DNA from: an uncultured Chloroflexia bacterium
Lineage (GTDB): Bacteria; Chloroflexota; Limnocylindria; Limnocylindrales; CSP1-4
Length of the DNA: 64,000 bases
Assembly (NCBI GenBank): GCA_963749705.1
Contig: CAVVNQ010000003.1
Span: forward strand, 416,001-480,000
Direction: 5' to 3'
The position numbers were made by a program, and so were the translations under genes. Positions 1-9,588 of the stretch are shown one piece after another. The first letter of the stretch is position 1, and each line of letters opens with the position of its first letter. Under the pieces are notes generated by a model, which was given only the letters and a program-made list of their open reading frames with translations, had not been told where the DNA came from and made no database searches.

Positions 1-1370
1 AGCTGCCTGACGGTCGCATGGGCGGCCTTGTCGAACAGCTCGACCAGGCTGGGCAGCGAGCTGCGGGGCAGGTCCGTCCAGGCGAACCCTCGGGCGGCCG
101 AGAACAGGGCCGGCGCCTTGACGATCGTGGCGGGTCCGATCTGCGACCGGAGCGCGAGGAGGAAGGTCTGCTGGCGGGCCATTCGTCCGTAGTCCGAGTC
201 CTGGTGGCGGCTGCGGGCATAGGCCAGCGCTGTCCGGCCGTCCATGTGCTGCTGGCCGGCCTTGATGTCGAGCACCATCGACCCCCACACGGGGTCCGGG
301 TAGTTGTCGTCGTGGACCGGCGACGGAACGTACATGTCGATGCCGCCCATCGCGTCCACGACCTTGATCACGCCCCACAGGTCGGCCACGAGGACCGCAT
401 CGATCGGCCGGCCGGTCAGCTCGGACACGACCGACCGGACCGCCCCGATGCCCTTGACCGCACCGCTCCCCGGCCAGCGTGAGGGATGCACGGACGTCGC
501 CTCGACGTACAGCGCGTTGAGCAGGTTCGTGAAGCAGCCGCAACCGACCGCGTCACGTGCCGCGCCCGGCGGGAACGGGGCGTTCACCAGGTTGCGCGGC
601 AGCCCGATCATCGCGACCTTGCCGGTAGCCACGTCGATCTCGACCAGGAGCATGACATCCATGCGGCGGCTCCAGCGGTCGGTTCCCGCGTCCGATCCCA
701 GGAGCAGCAGGTCAAACCGGCCATCGTCGCCCCAGGGGATCGCACCGGGGCGAGGCCAGGGGATGGAGGCGTTGAGCGACGGCAGCGTCCCGATCCCGCT
801 GGTGAACGGGCCGGTCGGCCTGGGGGTCCTGGGCGGCCCGCTCGATGCGGCCGATGGGACGGTCGATGGTGACTCGCCCGGCCCGATGTCCTCGGACGCG
901 ACCGGGCTGTGATCGGTGGTCGCGGCCGGCGTCGCCGTTGCGTCCGCGGTGAGCAGCGGGTCGGTCGAATCGTCGGGCGACGAGGCGAACATCGAATCGA
1001 GGAAATCGCTCGTCGAGGCGATGTACTCGCCGGCAATGGCATGTGGCACGACCACCAGCACGGCAAGACCGATCGCGAGCGATCCCACCACGGCGCGCGT
1101 CCGCTCGACCCGCCGGGCCGCGTCGATGCCGGCCCCGATGCGCCACACGGCCAGGGCCACGTTGAGCACGAACAGCGCCGGCAGCACCCCGGGCGTGACG
1201 ACGATCGCCAGCAGTCCGACCGGCCCTCGCGTCACCAGGATGAACGCCAGCCCGAGCAGCAGCAGCAGCACGGGGGCAACGAACAGCGCTGCCGGCCTGC
1301 GTCGACCCAGGTACAGGTGGCCGGCACCGGGCACGATCAGCCCCAGCAGGCCCGCAAGGGCAGCGCGCAT
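1..1370 (-). CDS. LCP (LytR-CpsA-Psr) family cell-wall glycopolymer transferase, 3' end beyond the window edge
   Basis: Not in the ORF track because its stop is outside the window. Manual minus-strand translation from ATG 1370: MRAALAGLLGLIVPGAGHLYLG...FDLLLLGSDAG...RMDVMLLV...GLPRNL...ALAYARSRHQDSDYGRMARQQ, typical LCP motifs after N-terminal TM helices. Confidence 0.9.
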   Translation of the reverse strand, partial: MRAALAGLLGLIVPGAGHLYLGRRRPAALFVAPVLLLLLGLAFILVTRGPVGLLAIVVTPGVLPALFVLNVALAVWRIGAGIDAARRVERTRAVVGSLAIGLAVLVVVPHAIAGEYIASTSDFLDSMFASSPDDSTDPLLTADATATPAATTDHSPVASEDIGPGESPSTVPSAASSGPPRTPRPTGPFTSGIGTLPSLNASIPWPRPGAIPWGDDGRFDLLLLGSDAGTDRWSRRMDVMLLVEIDVATGKVAMIGLPRNLVNAPFPPGAARDAVGCGCFTNLLNALYVEATSVHPSRWPGSGAVKGIGAVRSVVSELTGRPIDAVLVADLWGVIKVVDAMGGIDMYVPSPVHDDNYPDPVWGSMVLDIKAGQQHMDGRTALAYARSRHQDSDYGRMARQQTFLLALRSQIGPATIVKAPALFSAARGFAWTDLPRSSLPSLVELFDKAAHATVRQ

Positions 1371-1513
1371 GGCGCAACTGTCATGTGCGCGACGGGATCC
1401 AGTCAAGTTCGCCCGTATCGCCCGCGTGGCCCCGCGATCGTGCCGGCGGGCCCGGAACCGTCAGGAGCGCCGCGGCCGGCCCGGGCGGGCCGGCCGCGGC
1501 ATGGCCGTCTCGC

Positions 1514-1828
1514 TCAGGAGACCGGCACGTGATGGATGTACGAGCCGTGCGTTGCGAAGCGGAGGATCGCGTCGACGACGACGCCCACGACGAGCAGGCC
1601 CCCGACGGCCGGGATGACGGCCATGCTGTCCCACACGGGGTCGACCTCGCGGAATGCGGTGATCCATTCCGTGCACACGAACCCGCCGGCGAACGCCGCA
1701 ACGGCGGTGATCACCCACTCGTATCCGAACCGCACGTCGCCGATCAGCTGGAGGACGACGCCGAGGACGACCGCCCCCACGACCAGGGAGATGGCTGCGT
1801 AGATGCCGATATCGGTCGTGAAATCCAT
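1514..1828 (-). CDS. small hypothetical membrane protein
   Basis: GGAGG upstream of ATG 1828; three hydrophobic helices (MDFTTDIGIYAAISLVVG...). Confidence 0.7.
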   Translation of the reverse strand: MDFTTDIGIYAAISLVVGAVVLGVVLQLIGDVRFGYEWVITAVAAFAGGFVCTEWITAFREVDPVWDSMAVIPAVGGLLVVGVVVDAILRFATHGSYIHHVPVS

Positions 1829-2024
1829 CCGGACCTCCTCCCGGGCATGCCTCGCCGGCGGCACCATCCCGATCGGCCGCCGAGCCTGTGCTGTCGCCCG
1901 GTCATCACGATATTGAGCAGCGTCCTCAGCGCACGACCAGATGCATCAGGCCCGTTCGGGCGGGAGGTCGGGACGGTTCGCGTCCGGATCGTTGGTGGGC
2001 AGCCCGCGATCGACGCCGGTGACC

Positions 2025-3257
2025 TCAAGACGCCGATCTCCGCAGCCACAGTCCGGCCCGGGTCGGGTTGACGGACCCGACGGCTGTCGCCCGCAAGTCG
2101 CTGGTGACAGTCTCCAGCTCGACCTCGTCGCGCAGCCGCTCGGCAAAGGCATCGACCGTCTGCTGGCCGTCATACCGGGCCCGGTCGAACCGGCGATCGA
2201 CCGCGACCTGGATCCGCCGCCGCAGCGGCTGGAACAGGGCGAACGCGGCCAGGGTGGACGCCGCGACCGCGAGCGTCTCGCCCTGGGTGAACCCGGCGAG
2301 CAGCGCCTGCAATGCCAGCACCACACCCACGAACACGGCGGCCAGGATCCCGGTCACCAGCGCCCAGCCGATGGTGCGGCTGATCAGGCGGTCGATGTCG
2401 TACAGCCGGTACCGCAGGATCGCGATCCCGATCGCGATCGGTATTGCGGTTCCGGTCAGTGCATACGCCACCAGCGGCCCTTCCCCGATGCTGGCGCTCC
2501 CGATCACGCCCGCGAGCCCGACCAGGATCAGCGACGAAGCGGCCAGCACGACCGACCACGCGAACCAGCGGAGCTGGACCCGTTCGACCCGGCTGGCCGC
2601 GCGATACCGTGCCGCGACCGCTAGCGAGCCGACGAGCGGGATGAGCAGCCCCGCGCCCAGCACGACCATCAGGGTGAACTGGTCTCCGAACACGCCACGG
2701 AGGTCGGGGCCGACTCCGAACGGGTTCGTGATCGACGTGAACAGATATAGCGATCCCGGTTGGACCAGCAGCGCCGTGCTCGCCACTATCGAGGCGGTGA
2801 GCACGATCAACCCGATCATGCCCCAGCGTGGCGTGTGTCCTCGACCGGTGGGGAAGATGATGGCGAGATAGAACACTCCGATGCCGAAGACGTTCGCCAA
2901 ACCGGTGAGCCACCCGAACAGGCCTGCCGCCGTGCCGGTTCCCCGCTCGTCGATGACGGCGATACTCGTCAGCTGCCCGAGCACGATCGATGCCGCGTAG
3001 CCGGCGCCGACGAGGACCATCCAGCGGCCCACGACGTTGTCGGTCCGGCGCACCATGAGGATGGCGCCAACCGACGCCCAGACGATCCCGAGCACTGCGA
3101 ACGCCACCATCCCGATGGGTCCCATGCCAAAGATGCTCTCGGCGACCGGGACCGGACGAAGGATTCGCAGCGCAACGCCGGCGAGCGCGCACGCCATCGC
3201 CGTCACCCAGCCGAGGACCGCGACCAAGCGCACGAGCCCCGTCTGGCGTGTCGTCAT
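2025..3257 (-). CDS. multi-pass membrane protein resembling the input domain of membrane sensor kinases/cyclases, no catalytic domain
   Basis: 410 aa, about 10 hydrophobic segments, motifs FPTGR, ERVQLRWF, AILRYRLYDID, LFQPLRRRIQ..VDRRFDR. Confidence 0.8.
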   Translation of the reverse strand: MTTRQTGLVRLVAVLGWVTAMACALAGVALRILRPVPVAESIFGMGPIGMVAFAVLGIVWASVGAILMVRRTDNVVGRWMVLVGAGYAASIVLGQLTSIAVIDERGTGTAAGLFGWLTGLANVFGIGVFYLAIIFPTGRGHTPRWGMIGLIVLTASIVASTALLVQPGSLYLFTSITNPFGVGPDLRGVFGDQFTLMVVLGAGLLIPLVGSLAVAARYRAASRVERVQLRWFAWSVVLAASSLILVGLAGVIGSASIGEGPLVAYALTGTAIPIAIGIAILRYRLYDIDRLISRTIGWALVTGILAAVFVGVVLALQALLAGFTQGETLAVAASTLAAFALFQPLRRRIQVAVDRRFDRARYDGQQTVDAFAERLRDEVELETVTSDLRATAVGSVNPTRAGLWLRRSAS

Positions 3258-3670
3258 GACGGCCCGGCTCCGTTCCAGAAGCAGCTCGGCCTGGCTCTCA
3301 CGCTACGCCACGTTCGCTGGCATCGAACCGGCTCGCGACGAAGCAGTCGTGTCCGAGCGCGGTCCCTCCGAAAGTGGCGATCAGCGTTCCGGTGAGGTTA
3401 GAGCGGGCGGGCCTGCGTCTCATCGATGCCCCCAGCCTGCGGCAGCTCCAGGGATGGGCTGCTCGGTGACAGTCAATCGACGACGCGTCCTGAGATCGTT
3501 ACGGAGGACGCCTCGGCTCCGCACCGCGCCCGACCTGCGGGCGAGGCCACTGGGCGACCGATACCGCATGCCGGCGGTACCCACTGGCTATCGAGCGCTA
3601 CGAGCGCCGCAGACCCCTTCGCTATCGCATCAGACGTGTGCTGTGTACCCTGTCCGAGCACGGATCCGAT

Positions 3671-3745
3671 CGGGGTGTGGCGCAACGGTGGCGCACGTGC
3701 TTTGGGAGCACGAGGATGTGGGTTCGAATCCCACCGCCCCGACCA
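3671..3745 (+). tRNA. tRNA-Pro(UGG)
   Basis: Cloverleaf: acceptor CGGGGTG/CGCCCCG, D-stem GCGC/GCGC, anticodon arm CGTGC-TTTGGGA-GCACG, T-arm GTGGG-TTCGAAT-CCCAC, encoded ACCA. Confidence 0.95.
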
Positions 3746-3805
3746 ACTTCTCATGATGCTGCCGGGGGATGCGCTCGCCGCCACCTGATCTCGCGGAGCC
3801 CGAAC

Positions 3806-4177
3806 TTGACCTATCTCGCGATCTCGATCGGTGCTGTTCTCGGCGCGAACATCCGCTACATCCTGGGTGGCTGGATCGCCGAGCGGACGACGGCCTCGTT
3901 CCCGTGGGCGACGCTGGTCATCAATGCCAGCGGGTCGCTGATCATCGGGCTGGTGCTCACGCTCGTCACCGAGCGGATCGCCGCCCCGGCCTGGGTGCGG
4001 CCGATGATCGCGATCGGGTTCCTGGGCTCGTACACGACGTTCTCGACGTTCTCGTGGGAGACGCTGGCGCTCGCCCGTGACGGCGCGTGGCTGGCGGCGG
4101 GGGTCAACGTGGCCCTGAGCATCGCCGCCTGCCTGGTCGGCGTCTATGCCGGCACCCTGATCGGGCGCGCGATCTGA
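3806..4177 (+). CDS. crcB: fluoride efflux channel Fluc/CrcB
   Basis: GAVLGANIRY, FPWATLVIN.SGS, GFLGSYTTFSTF motifs; TTG start after GGAG. Confidence 0.93.
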   Translation: MTYLAISIGAVLGANIRYILGGWIAERTTASFPWATLVINASGSLIIGLVLTLVTERIAAPAWVRPMIAIGFLGSYTTFSTFSWETLALARDGAWLAAGVNVALSIAACLVGVYAGTLIGRAI

Positions 4178-4188
4178 TGGAGGGCGAG

Positions 4189-5472
4189 ATGAAGGGCCAG
4201 GCGCGCGGAGTCCGGGTCCAGGTGTTCCTCGGCGAGAGCGAGCAGGAAGGCCACCGGCCGCGGTACCAGGCGCTGCTCGAGTACCTGCGACGCGAAGGCG
4301 CGGCCGGGGCGACCGTGACGCGCGGGATCGCCGGCTTCGGCGCCAACAGCAAGATCAAGACCTCGACGATCCTGCGGCTGTCGCTGGACCTCCCGGTCGT
4401 GCTGACCTGGATCGACGCCCCGGAGCGCGTCGAGCGCCTGCTCCCGGGCCTGCGCGAGCTCAGCGGCTCCGGGATCGTGACGGTCGAGGACGTCGGCATC
4501 GCCGGGTATGGCGGCCGGCGGCTGGAGCAGCTCCGGTTCGACCTCCAGGTCCGCGACGTGATGCGCCGGGCGGTGATCTCCGTGTCCTAGGATGCGCAGG
4601 TGCGGGACGCGATCCGTGCGCTCGTCGGCCGCGAGTTCCGGGCGCTGCCCGTCGTCGCCGCGGATGGACGCCTGGTCGGGATCGTCGCCAACAGCGACCT
4701 CCTCGCGTGGGGCCTGCCGATGCGCATGGAGCTGCTGTCGGCGACGCCCGAGGAGGTGCGCTCGGGCGTCATCGACGGGTTGCCGGACGGGATCGTCCGG
4801 GAGGTCATGCGACCGAACCCCACCACGCTCCCCGAGGATGCGTCGCTCGCCCAGGCCACCCGGCGGATGGCCGAGGAGGGATTGAAGCGGCTGCCGGTCG
4901 TCGATGGCGGAGGACGACTGGCCGGGATCCTGTCACGCGCCGACGTGCTGCATGCGGTTGCCGAATCCTTCCCCCGTCTGGTCGCGGAGGCTCCCGCCGC
5001 CCACCCGACGGCGCGCACCGCGGGCGACGTGATGCGCGCCGATGCGCCCGTGGTCCGCGCCGATGCGACGCTGGACGAGGTCGTCGACGCGGTCGCGTCC
5101 ACGCGGCTCAACCGGGTCGTGGTCGTGGATCCGGACAGCCGCGTGGTCGGGGTCATCAGTGACGCCGACGTGCTGCGTTCGGTGGAGCCGGCGGCGCGAC
5201 CCGGGGTCCTCGGTGCGCTGATGCGAGCCGGCGGTGCCGCGTCCGGAAGCGCGACCGCGGCGGATCTGATGCACACCGATGCGCCGATCGTGACCCGCTC
5301 CACCACCCTGGCCGAGGCGGCGCAGGCGATGGTGGCGCACGGTCGCAAGGTCCTGCCCGTGGTGGACGACTCGGGCCGGCTCCTCGGGATCGTCGACCGC
5401 GCGGATCTCCTCCGGGCGGCGTCCGGAGCCCTGGCCGATCTCGCCCGGCTCGACGTGGAGGACAGCGAGTGA
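4189..5472 (+). pseudogene. DUF190 (PII-like) plus CBS-domain fusion interrupted by in-frame TAG at 4588-4590 (pseudogene, read-through or sequence error)
   Basis: DUF190 motif GATVTRGIAGFG; ORFs 4087-4590 and 4600-5472 share a frame; the first CBS repeat reads across the stop (VRDVMRRAVISVS*DAQVRDAIRAL...LPVV...LVGIV). Confidence 0.75.
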
Positions 5473-5587
5473 GCCACGTGGCACGGTCAGCAGGGCGGGA
5501 GGTGGGCTGCGGCCCGGCCGCGGTGGGGCGGCGTCCGGGACGTTCGGCACTGTGCCCGCGACCGGACCCGGCCGGACGCTTTGCATC

Positions 5588-6052
5588 GTGACCGCCGCCT
5601 TCGCCCGCATCCGCCACATCCACCCGGGCTGGATCCTCGCCACCCTCGACGTCATCGGCCTGCTCATCGCCATCTACCTGTCGGTCGTCGAGCTTGGCGG
5701 TGGCGTTCCGTACTGCGGTCCGCTTCATGGCTGCGAGACCGTCGCGCAGAGCAAGTACGCGCGGATCGCCGGCGTCCCGGTTGCCGTCTACGGCGTGGCG
5801 CTGTCGCTGATCCTGCTCGGACTCGCCATCGCCTGGATCCGATCCGATCGCCCCGGGCTGCTCGACGCCCATTACGGGCTGTCGCTGATCGGGGTGATCT
5901 TCGAGGTCTACTTCCTCAGCCTCCAGCTGTTCGTCATCCACGCCGTGTGCGTGTGGTGCACGACCTACGGGCTGTCCCTGATCGCGAGGTTCCTGGTGGC
6001 GATGGTGATCTGGATCCGGCGTGGGAGGCTCGCGGCCCGGCTGGGCAGATAG
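5588..6052 (+). CDS. vitamin K epoxide reductase (VKOR) family protein
   Basis: Loop Cys pair CGPLHGCETV..S.Y, GVPVAVYG, redox CVWC motif, four TM helices. Confidence 0.9.
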   Translation: MTAAFARIRHIHPGWILATLDVIGLLIAIYLSVVELGGGVPYCGPLHGCETVAQSKYARIAGVPVAVYGVALSLILLGLAIAWIRSDRPGLLDAHYGLSLIGVIFEVYFLSLQLFVIHAVCVWCTTYGLSLIARFLVAMVIWIRRGRLAARLGR

Positions 6053-6086
6053 GCCCAGGCGGTCCTGCGCCCGGGCGGGCCGCTGA

Positions 6087-6941
6087 TCAGTCGATCCTCG
6101 GCGGCCCGGCATCGATGCGGTCGCGTAGCCTGCCCTCGGAGGTGTCCGCCCAGTCCGCCTCGATCCACCAGGTGGCGCCCGCCTCCTCGTGGGCGCGGAC
6201 GATCGCTGCCGCCGCAGCCGGGTCGTCGGACGGGGTCACGCCGTCGACGATGATCTCGAACGGCCGCTCAAGGTCGGCTGGACGATCCCGGAGCTCCGCC
6301 GGACGTTCGCGACGGATCCAGTCGACCACCGCTCGCAGGGCAGCGGGGTCTGTCGCCGCGTCCCCTTCCGCCCGCGCCTGGACGACGATCCCGTCCCAGC
6401 GCACCGCGCGTCGCATCGAGCGCGGGTGCGGCCACGCCCCGACGACCCAGACCGGGATCCGTGGCTGCTGGATCGGCGGTGGCACGAGCCGCATCGGCCC
6501 GAAGCGGTAGTGCTCGCCGGCGAACGCGAACGGCTCGCCGCGGCCCAGCCCGTCGAGGATCGCGAGCGTCTCGTCAAGGAGCTCTGCCCGCGCCTTTGCG
6601 CTCGTCGGTTCGCCGACGTTGCCAAATCCCAGATCGTCGCGGGCACCGATCCCGACCGGCAGGACGAGGCGGCCGTTGGACAGGATGTCGATCGACGCCG
6701 CCTCCTTGGCAAGCTTCCACGGGCGTCGCCGCGCGGGGGCGAAGACCATGGCACCCAGCGTGACCCGGCTCGTCCGCATGGCCATCGCCGCGAGCGTCAC
6801 CCACGGGTCGTACAGCGGCTCGTCGCCGATCGCGATCGCGTCGTAGGTGAACACGCCGTCCCAGCCCGCCGTCTCGGCCGCGGCGGCGTGCTCGGCCACG
6901 GCCCTGGGGTCGCCGGAGGTCACGATGATCCCGTACTTCAT
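6087..6941 (-). CDS. LLM-class flavin-dependent oxidoreductase
   Basis: C-terminal part of ORF 6087-8123: AAETAGWDG..YD..DPWVTLAAMA.RT.RVTLG, DILSNGRL, PIQQPRIPVWV. Confidence 0.9.
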   Translation of the reverse strand: MKYGIIVTSGDPRAVAEHAAAAETAGWDGVFTYDAIAIGDEPLYDPWVTLAAMAMRTSRVTLGAMVFAPARRRPWKLAKEAASIDILSNGRLVLPVGIGARDDLGFGNVGEPTSAKARAELLDETLAILDGLGRGEPFAFAGEHYRFGPMRLVPPPIQQPRIPVWVVGAWPHPRSMRRAVRWDGIVVQARAEGDAATDPAALRAVVDWIRRERPAELRDRPADLERPFEIIVDGVTPSDDPAAAAAIVRAHEEAGATWWIEADWADTSEGRLRDRIDAGPPRID

Positions 6942-7001
6942 GCGCGGGATTCTGCCTGCTCGCGGGGCGGCGGCGCGCGGCGTCGAGGCGTAATCCCGGG
7001 C

Positions 7002-7157
7002 CGCGCATGCGTACCGGGTTTGGCGGGCCTCGGAACGTGATGGCGGCGACCGCTCGGGGCCAGGACATGCGTGGCAGGCATGCGACGCGCCCAGACGATC
7101 CGGTTCTGGCGCGATCGGCCGCGACGTGCGGCTCGCTACGCGTGGTACGCATGCGCG
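7002..7157. repeat. non-coding element with 14-bp perfect terminal inverted repeats (copy A, stand-alone)
   Basis: CGCGCATGCGTACC (7002-7015) / GGTACGCATGCGCG (7144-7157); three blocks shared in inverted orientation with 19268-19470. Confidence 0.75.
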
Positions 7158-7392
7158 CCGACCAGAAGAGGGCGGACCGCGACCGCCACGAACGCAATGC
7201 CGACCGGCCCGACAACTTCGGGACGTCCCGCCGGTTGCAGCACGCTCGCCCGCTGCGAGGCTGCGCGTGACCCTTCCGGGGGTCGGCGTCCCGGTGCGCC
7301 GCGAGTCGGCGGACGAGGGTCGTCCCATGCGTCCCGGCATGGCTCGCCGCCCGAGTGGCGTGACCGGCCTTGCCGCTCGTTCGGAGGTCCAC

Positions 7393-7848
7393 ATGTCGAC
7401 GCGCTCCGCCGCGTTCCTGCTGTCACTCGTGGCCGCGGCCTCGATTGCCGCGTGCTCGTCGGGCACGGGTGGAGCCGCGAGCGGCGCGGTGACCGTGACG
7501 GACGCCTGGGCGCGGCCGTCCACGGGCATGGACATGGCCAGCGCCGCATACCTCACGATCACCAACGGGACTGCGCAGGACGACGCGCTCCTGAGCGTCG
7601 CGACGCCCGCGGCCGGCAGCCCGGAGATCCACGAGAGCTCTGCCGACGCCAGCGGCATGATGGCCATGCACCCCGTCGACCGCGTCGAGATCCCGGCGGG
7701 GCAGACCGTGACGTTCCAGCCCGGCGGCTTCCACGTCATGCTCAACGACCTCACAGCCGACCTGACGGTCGGGGCGACGATCGAGCTCACCCTCACCTTC
7801 GAGAAGGCCGGTGACATCCAGGTCACGGCCACGGTCCGCGCCTCCTGA
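7393..7848 (+). CDS. periplasmic copper chaperone PCu(A)C lipoprotein
   Basis: Lipobox IAAC, DAWAR, AAYLTI.N, EIHE...M.M, PGGFHVML motifs; GGAGG RBS. Confidence 0.92.
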   Translation: MSTRSAAFLLSLVAAASIAACSSGTGGAASGAVTVTDAWARPSTGMDMASAAYLTITNGTAQDDALLSVATPAAGSPEIHESSADASGMMAMHPVDRVEIPAGQTVTFQPGGFHVMLNDLTADLTVGATIELTLTFEKAGDIQVTATVRAS

Positions 7849-7849
7849 G

Positions 7850-9529
7850 ATGACGCCGCGTCCCGCCGACCCGGTCTCGCGCCCCGCGGTCCCGGCTTCG
7901 CGCCCCGCGGACCCGGCTCCGAGCCCGGCCAGCCCGGCCGCGGCCTCGATCCCCGTCGACCGACGGGCCGCAATCGCCGGCACGGTCGCACTGCTGTTGC
8001 TCGGTCTGCTTGCCGCCGGCCTGGTGGCGATCGTGGCCATGGCCCGAGACGGCGCCCTGCCGGCCGACGGCGGGACGGTGGCAGACCCGGCGGGGTTCGT
8101 GTACCGGGACGTCGCCGCCGCACCGCCGCTGGAGCTCCTCGACCAGGACGGGCGGCCGTTCACCCTCACCTCGCTGCGTGGGCGGCCGGCGCTCGTGTTC
8201 TTCGGCTACACCCACTGCCCCGACGTGTGCCCCGCGACCGTCGGGGTGATCAACGAGACGCTGGCCACCGTGCCGGCCGGAACCCGCGCGGTGTTCGTGT
8301 CCATCGATCCGGAGCGCGATGACGCCGCCGCGATGAAGTCGTACCTGCGCTACCTGCCGTCCGCCTACGTCGGGCTCAGCGGCCAGCCGGATGCCATCCG
8401 CCGCAACGCCGACGCCTGGGGCGTGCACTACGCGAAGGTCGAGACGGGCTCCGCGGGCGGGTATTCGATGGCGCACACGGCCGATGTCTATCTGGTTGAC
8501 GCGCAGGGTCGGCTGCGCGCGCACTTCCCGTTCGGCGTCCAGCCCGGGGACATCGCTGCGGCCCTCCGGGTGCTGCTCGACGAGACGCCACCACCGTCGG
8601 ATCTCCCCACGGGATCGATCCCCGCCAGCACGACGCCCGCACCCACGCCGGACGCGGCCTCGATCACCCCGGCGCCCGCGCTCACGATGCCGACCACGGG
8701 CGTTCTCCGGGCAACGGTGGTGTCCACCTCCGTCTGGGCCGGTGGGCAGACGCCCGTGATCCTCAGCATCCGCGATGAATCCGGTGCCACGCTGGATGGC
8801 GCGGTGCCGGTTCGCGTCCAGGTCGTGTCCACCGTCGATGGCTCGCCGTCCGGGGAGGCTGTCGCTGCCGTGGCGATCCGGCCATCGGGCGAGACCGCGG
8901 TCTCCTACGTGGCCACCGTGGACATCCCGTCCCCGGGTCCGTGGCGGCTTCGGATGACCGCGGCCGATGGCCGATCCGGCGTGGCGGATGTGGTCGCGAT
9001 GGACCCCGGCAGCACGGCGAAGCTCGGCGGCCCGGCCCCGAACATCGCAACCCCCACGCTCGACGATGTCGGCGGATTGGCGCTCGCGATCACCACCGCG
9101 CCCCAGCCCGACCTCCGGTTCTCACGGACCTCCACGACGCAGGCCACCGCGGCCGGCAAGCCGTACGTGCTGGTCGTCGATTCGGCGCGGTTCAAGGTGA
9201 CGATCGCGTGCGGTCGGGCGCTGGGGATGGTCCAGTACCAGCTGGATCGCTGGACCGACGTGGCGTTCATCCACCTCGAGCCGTTCCAGTACACGATCGT
9301 CACCAGCGAGCCGGTGCTCAGCGGCGATGCGTCACGGCCGCCGATCAACCGCTGGGCGGCCGCGTGGGGGCTGGGGGATGCGACCTGGCCATCGACGGCG
9401 ATGCCCTGGATCTTCGTCGTCGACGGATCCGGCATCGTCCGCGCGAAGTACACGGGTGTCGCCGGCTCGGCCGACGTCGACGTGATCCTCAGCCTGATCG
9501 CGGGCTCGGGCGTGATCGCGGGCTCGTGA
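7850..9529 (+). CDS. SCO1/SenC family protein with a large C-terminal extension (beta-rich plus thioredoxin-like domain)
   Basis: FFGYTHCPDVCP, VSIDPERD, YSMAHT..VYLVD; C-terminal FIHLEP, PWIFVVDGSGIVRAKY. Confidence 0.85.
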   Translation: MTPRPADPVSRPAVPASRPADPAPSPASPAAASIPVDRRAAIAGTVALLLLGLLAAGLVAIVAMARDGALPADGGTVADPAGFVYRDVAAAPPLELLDQDGRPFTLTSLRGRPALVFFGYTHCPDVCPATVGVINETLATVPAGTRAVFVSIDPERDDAAAMKSYLRYLPSAYVGLSGQPDAIRRNADAWGVHYAKVETGSAGGYSMAHTADVYLVDAQGRLRAHFPFGVQPGDIAAALRVLLDETPPPSDLPTGSIPASTTPAPTPDAASITPAPALTMPTTGVLRATVVSTSVWAGGQTPVILSIRDESGATLDGAVPVRVQVVSTVDGSPSGEAVAAVAIRPSGETAVSYVATVDIPSPGPWRLRMTAADGRSGVADVVAMDPGSTAKLGGPAPNIATPTLDDVGGLALAITTAPQPDLRFSRTSTTQATAAGKPYVLVVDSARFKVTIACGRALGMVQYQLDRWTDVAFIHLEPFQYTIVTSEPVLSGDASRPPINRWAAAWGLGDATWPSTAMPWIFVVDGSGIVRAKYTGVAGSADVDVILSLIAGSGVIAGS

Positions 9530-9588
9530 TCACGCCCGCTGGGGCCGCCATGGGGCGTCGGCACCGAGCTTGACGTCCCCGCCGGACG

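Noticed and set aside
3746-3805. Fluoride riboswitch upstream of crcB
   Set aside because: GGGGATGCGCTCGCC only loosely resembles the 5' consensus, and the downstream conserved pseudoknot segment is not found.
4588-4590. Genome-wide TAG reassignment
   Set aside because: TAG ends several complete-looking genes here (6052, 14005, 15337, 22539, 39386, 44393).
7858-7945. Short imperfect tandem repeats
   Set aside because: They encode the Pro/Ala-rich N-terminal tail of the SCO protein; ordinary low complexity.
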